Below, piece after piece: positions 63,354 to 64,000 of a stretch of 64,000 bases of DNA (its first letter is position 1; every line of letters begins with the position of its first letter). The notes beneath the pieces were generated by a model. The model worked only from the letters and a program-made list of their open reading frames with translations. It was not told where the DNA came from and did no database searches. The position numbers were made by a program, and so were the translations under genes. The DNA comes from Octopus sinensis (Eukaryota), in contig NC_042997.1 in NCBI RefSeq assembly GCF_006345805.1, positions 107,880,001 to 107,944,000 on the forward strand, given 5' to 3'.

Positions 63354-63755
63354 CAAACATCTGGATGAAAGCAACCTGTTTCCAGAAGGACAGAAGGGAA
63401 GCTACAAAGGCTCATACGGCTGTAAAGACCAACTAATGATCAATAAAGCCATAACTGAAGACAGCCACAGAAAGAAGAAAGGCCTCAGTATGGCCTGGGT
63501 CGACTATCGAAAGGCTTTTGATAGTATTCTTTGCACGTGGATCCTCGAAACACTAGCAATGAACAAGGTAGCACCAATAATTATAAAATACATAAGACAC
63601 TATGAATAAATGGCAAACAGTGCTACAGCTCCAAACAAAAGAGGGACTTGTGAAAACCAAAGCCATCCCCATTAGAAGAGGAATATTCCAGGGAGACACG
63701 CTCTCGCCACTCCTTTTCTGCTTGGCACTGTCACCTCTATCTGACATGCTAAATT
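63352..63755 (+). mobile_element. R4/Dong-type RT fragment
   Basis: LFPEGQKG.YKGSYGCKDQLMINKAI...AWVDYRKAFDSI...IRRGIFQGDTLSPLLFCLALSPLSDMLN. Confidence 0.88.
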
Positions 63756-64000
63756 CGCTCTCTTTGGGTATTTGCCATTGAGAGGTTTTATTTGCCATTC
63801 GTCAGAATATCTAAGGCAGCAGTTTTAGCACGGGTTTTCATACGCTTAGCTTTTTCTGCGCTTGTTTCTCGTATGTCTAATTCCGGTATTTGTTGTACTT
63901 GGAATTCATTTAGAAATTCCTGTACATGTTTTGTTACTGAGTATGATGCTTTCTTGTTTTCAAGTTTTGAGTCAAGTTTTAACATCCAGTCCTCAGAGTT
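63752..64000 (-). mobile_element. R4/Dong-type post-RT fragment in the opposite orientation
   Basis: ENKKASYSVTKHVQEFLNEF...KAKRMKTRAKTAALDIL then WQIKPLNGKYPKRAN; runs off the window end. Confidence 0.65.

Overview
AT-rich, microsatellite-saturated animal DNA. The repeat landscape (tRNA-derived SINEs, R4/Dong, RTE, CR1 and Tx1 LINE fragments, Penelope-like elements, mariner, Helitron) points to an octopod cephalopod, most likely Octopus; this is inferred from repeat recognition, not a database search. Only one host coding exon is supportable: the first coding exon (116 codons, 30526-30873, minus) of an SLC5 Na+/solute symporter of the SMCT/SMVT/NIS group. No exon 2 could be found in the 30 kb downstream. 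Nearly all other ORFs in the supplied track are microsatellite translations or decayed transposon fragments. The main unexplained layer is structural RNA: about a dozen type-I minimal hammerhead ribozyme (HHR) motifs with palindromic helix III, from several unrelated Penelope-type terminal-repeat families. These include a tandem HHR pair 473 nt apart with no ORF (retrozyme/circRNA-like unit, 9362-10080), two U3-A8 compensatory core variants, three U4C core variants, and several 110-190 bp fold-back palindromes built on HHR-bearing ends. Also present: two full-length mariner copies sharing one frameshift (one nested in an R4/Dong LINE, one in an arm of an inverted repeat) and a three-copy tandem Helitron-like array. 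Structures were folded by eye, and TE fragment boundaries are approximate (+/- tens of bp).
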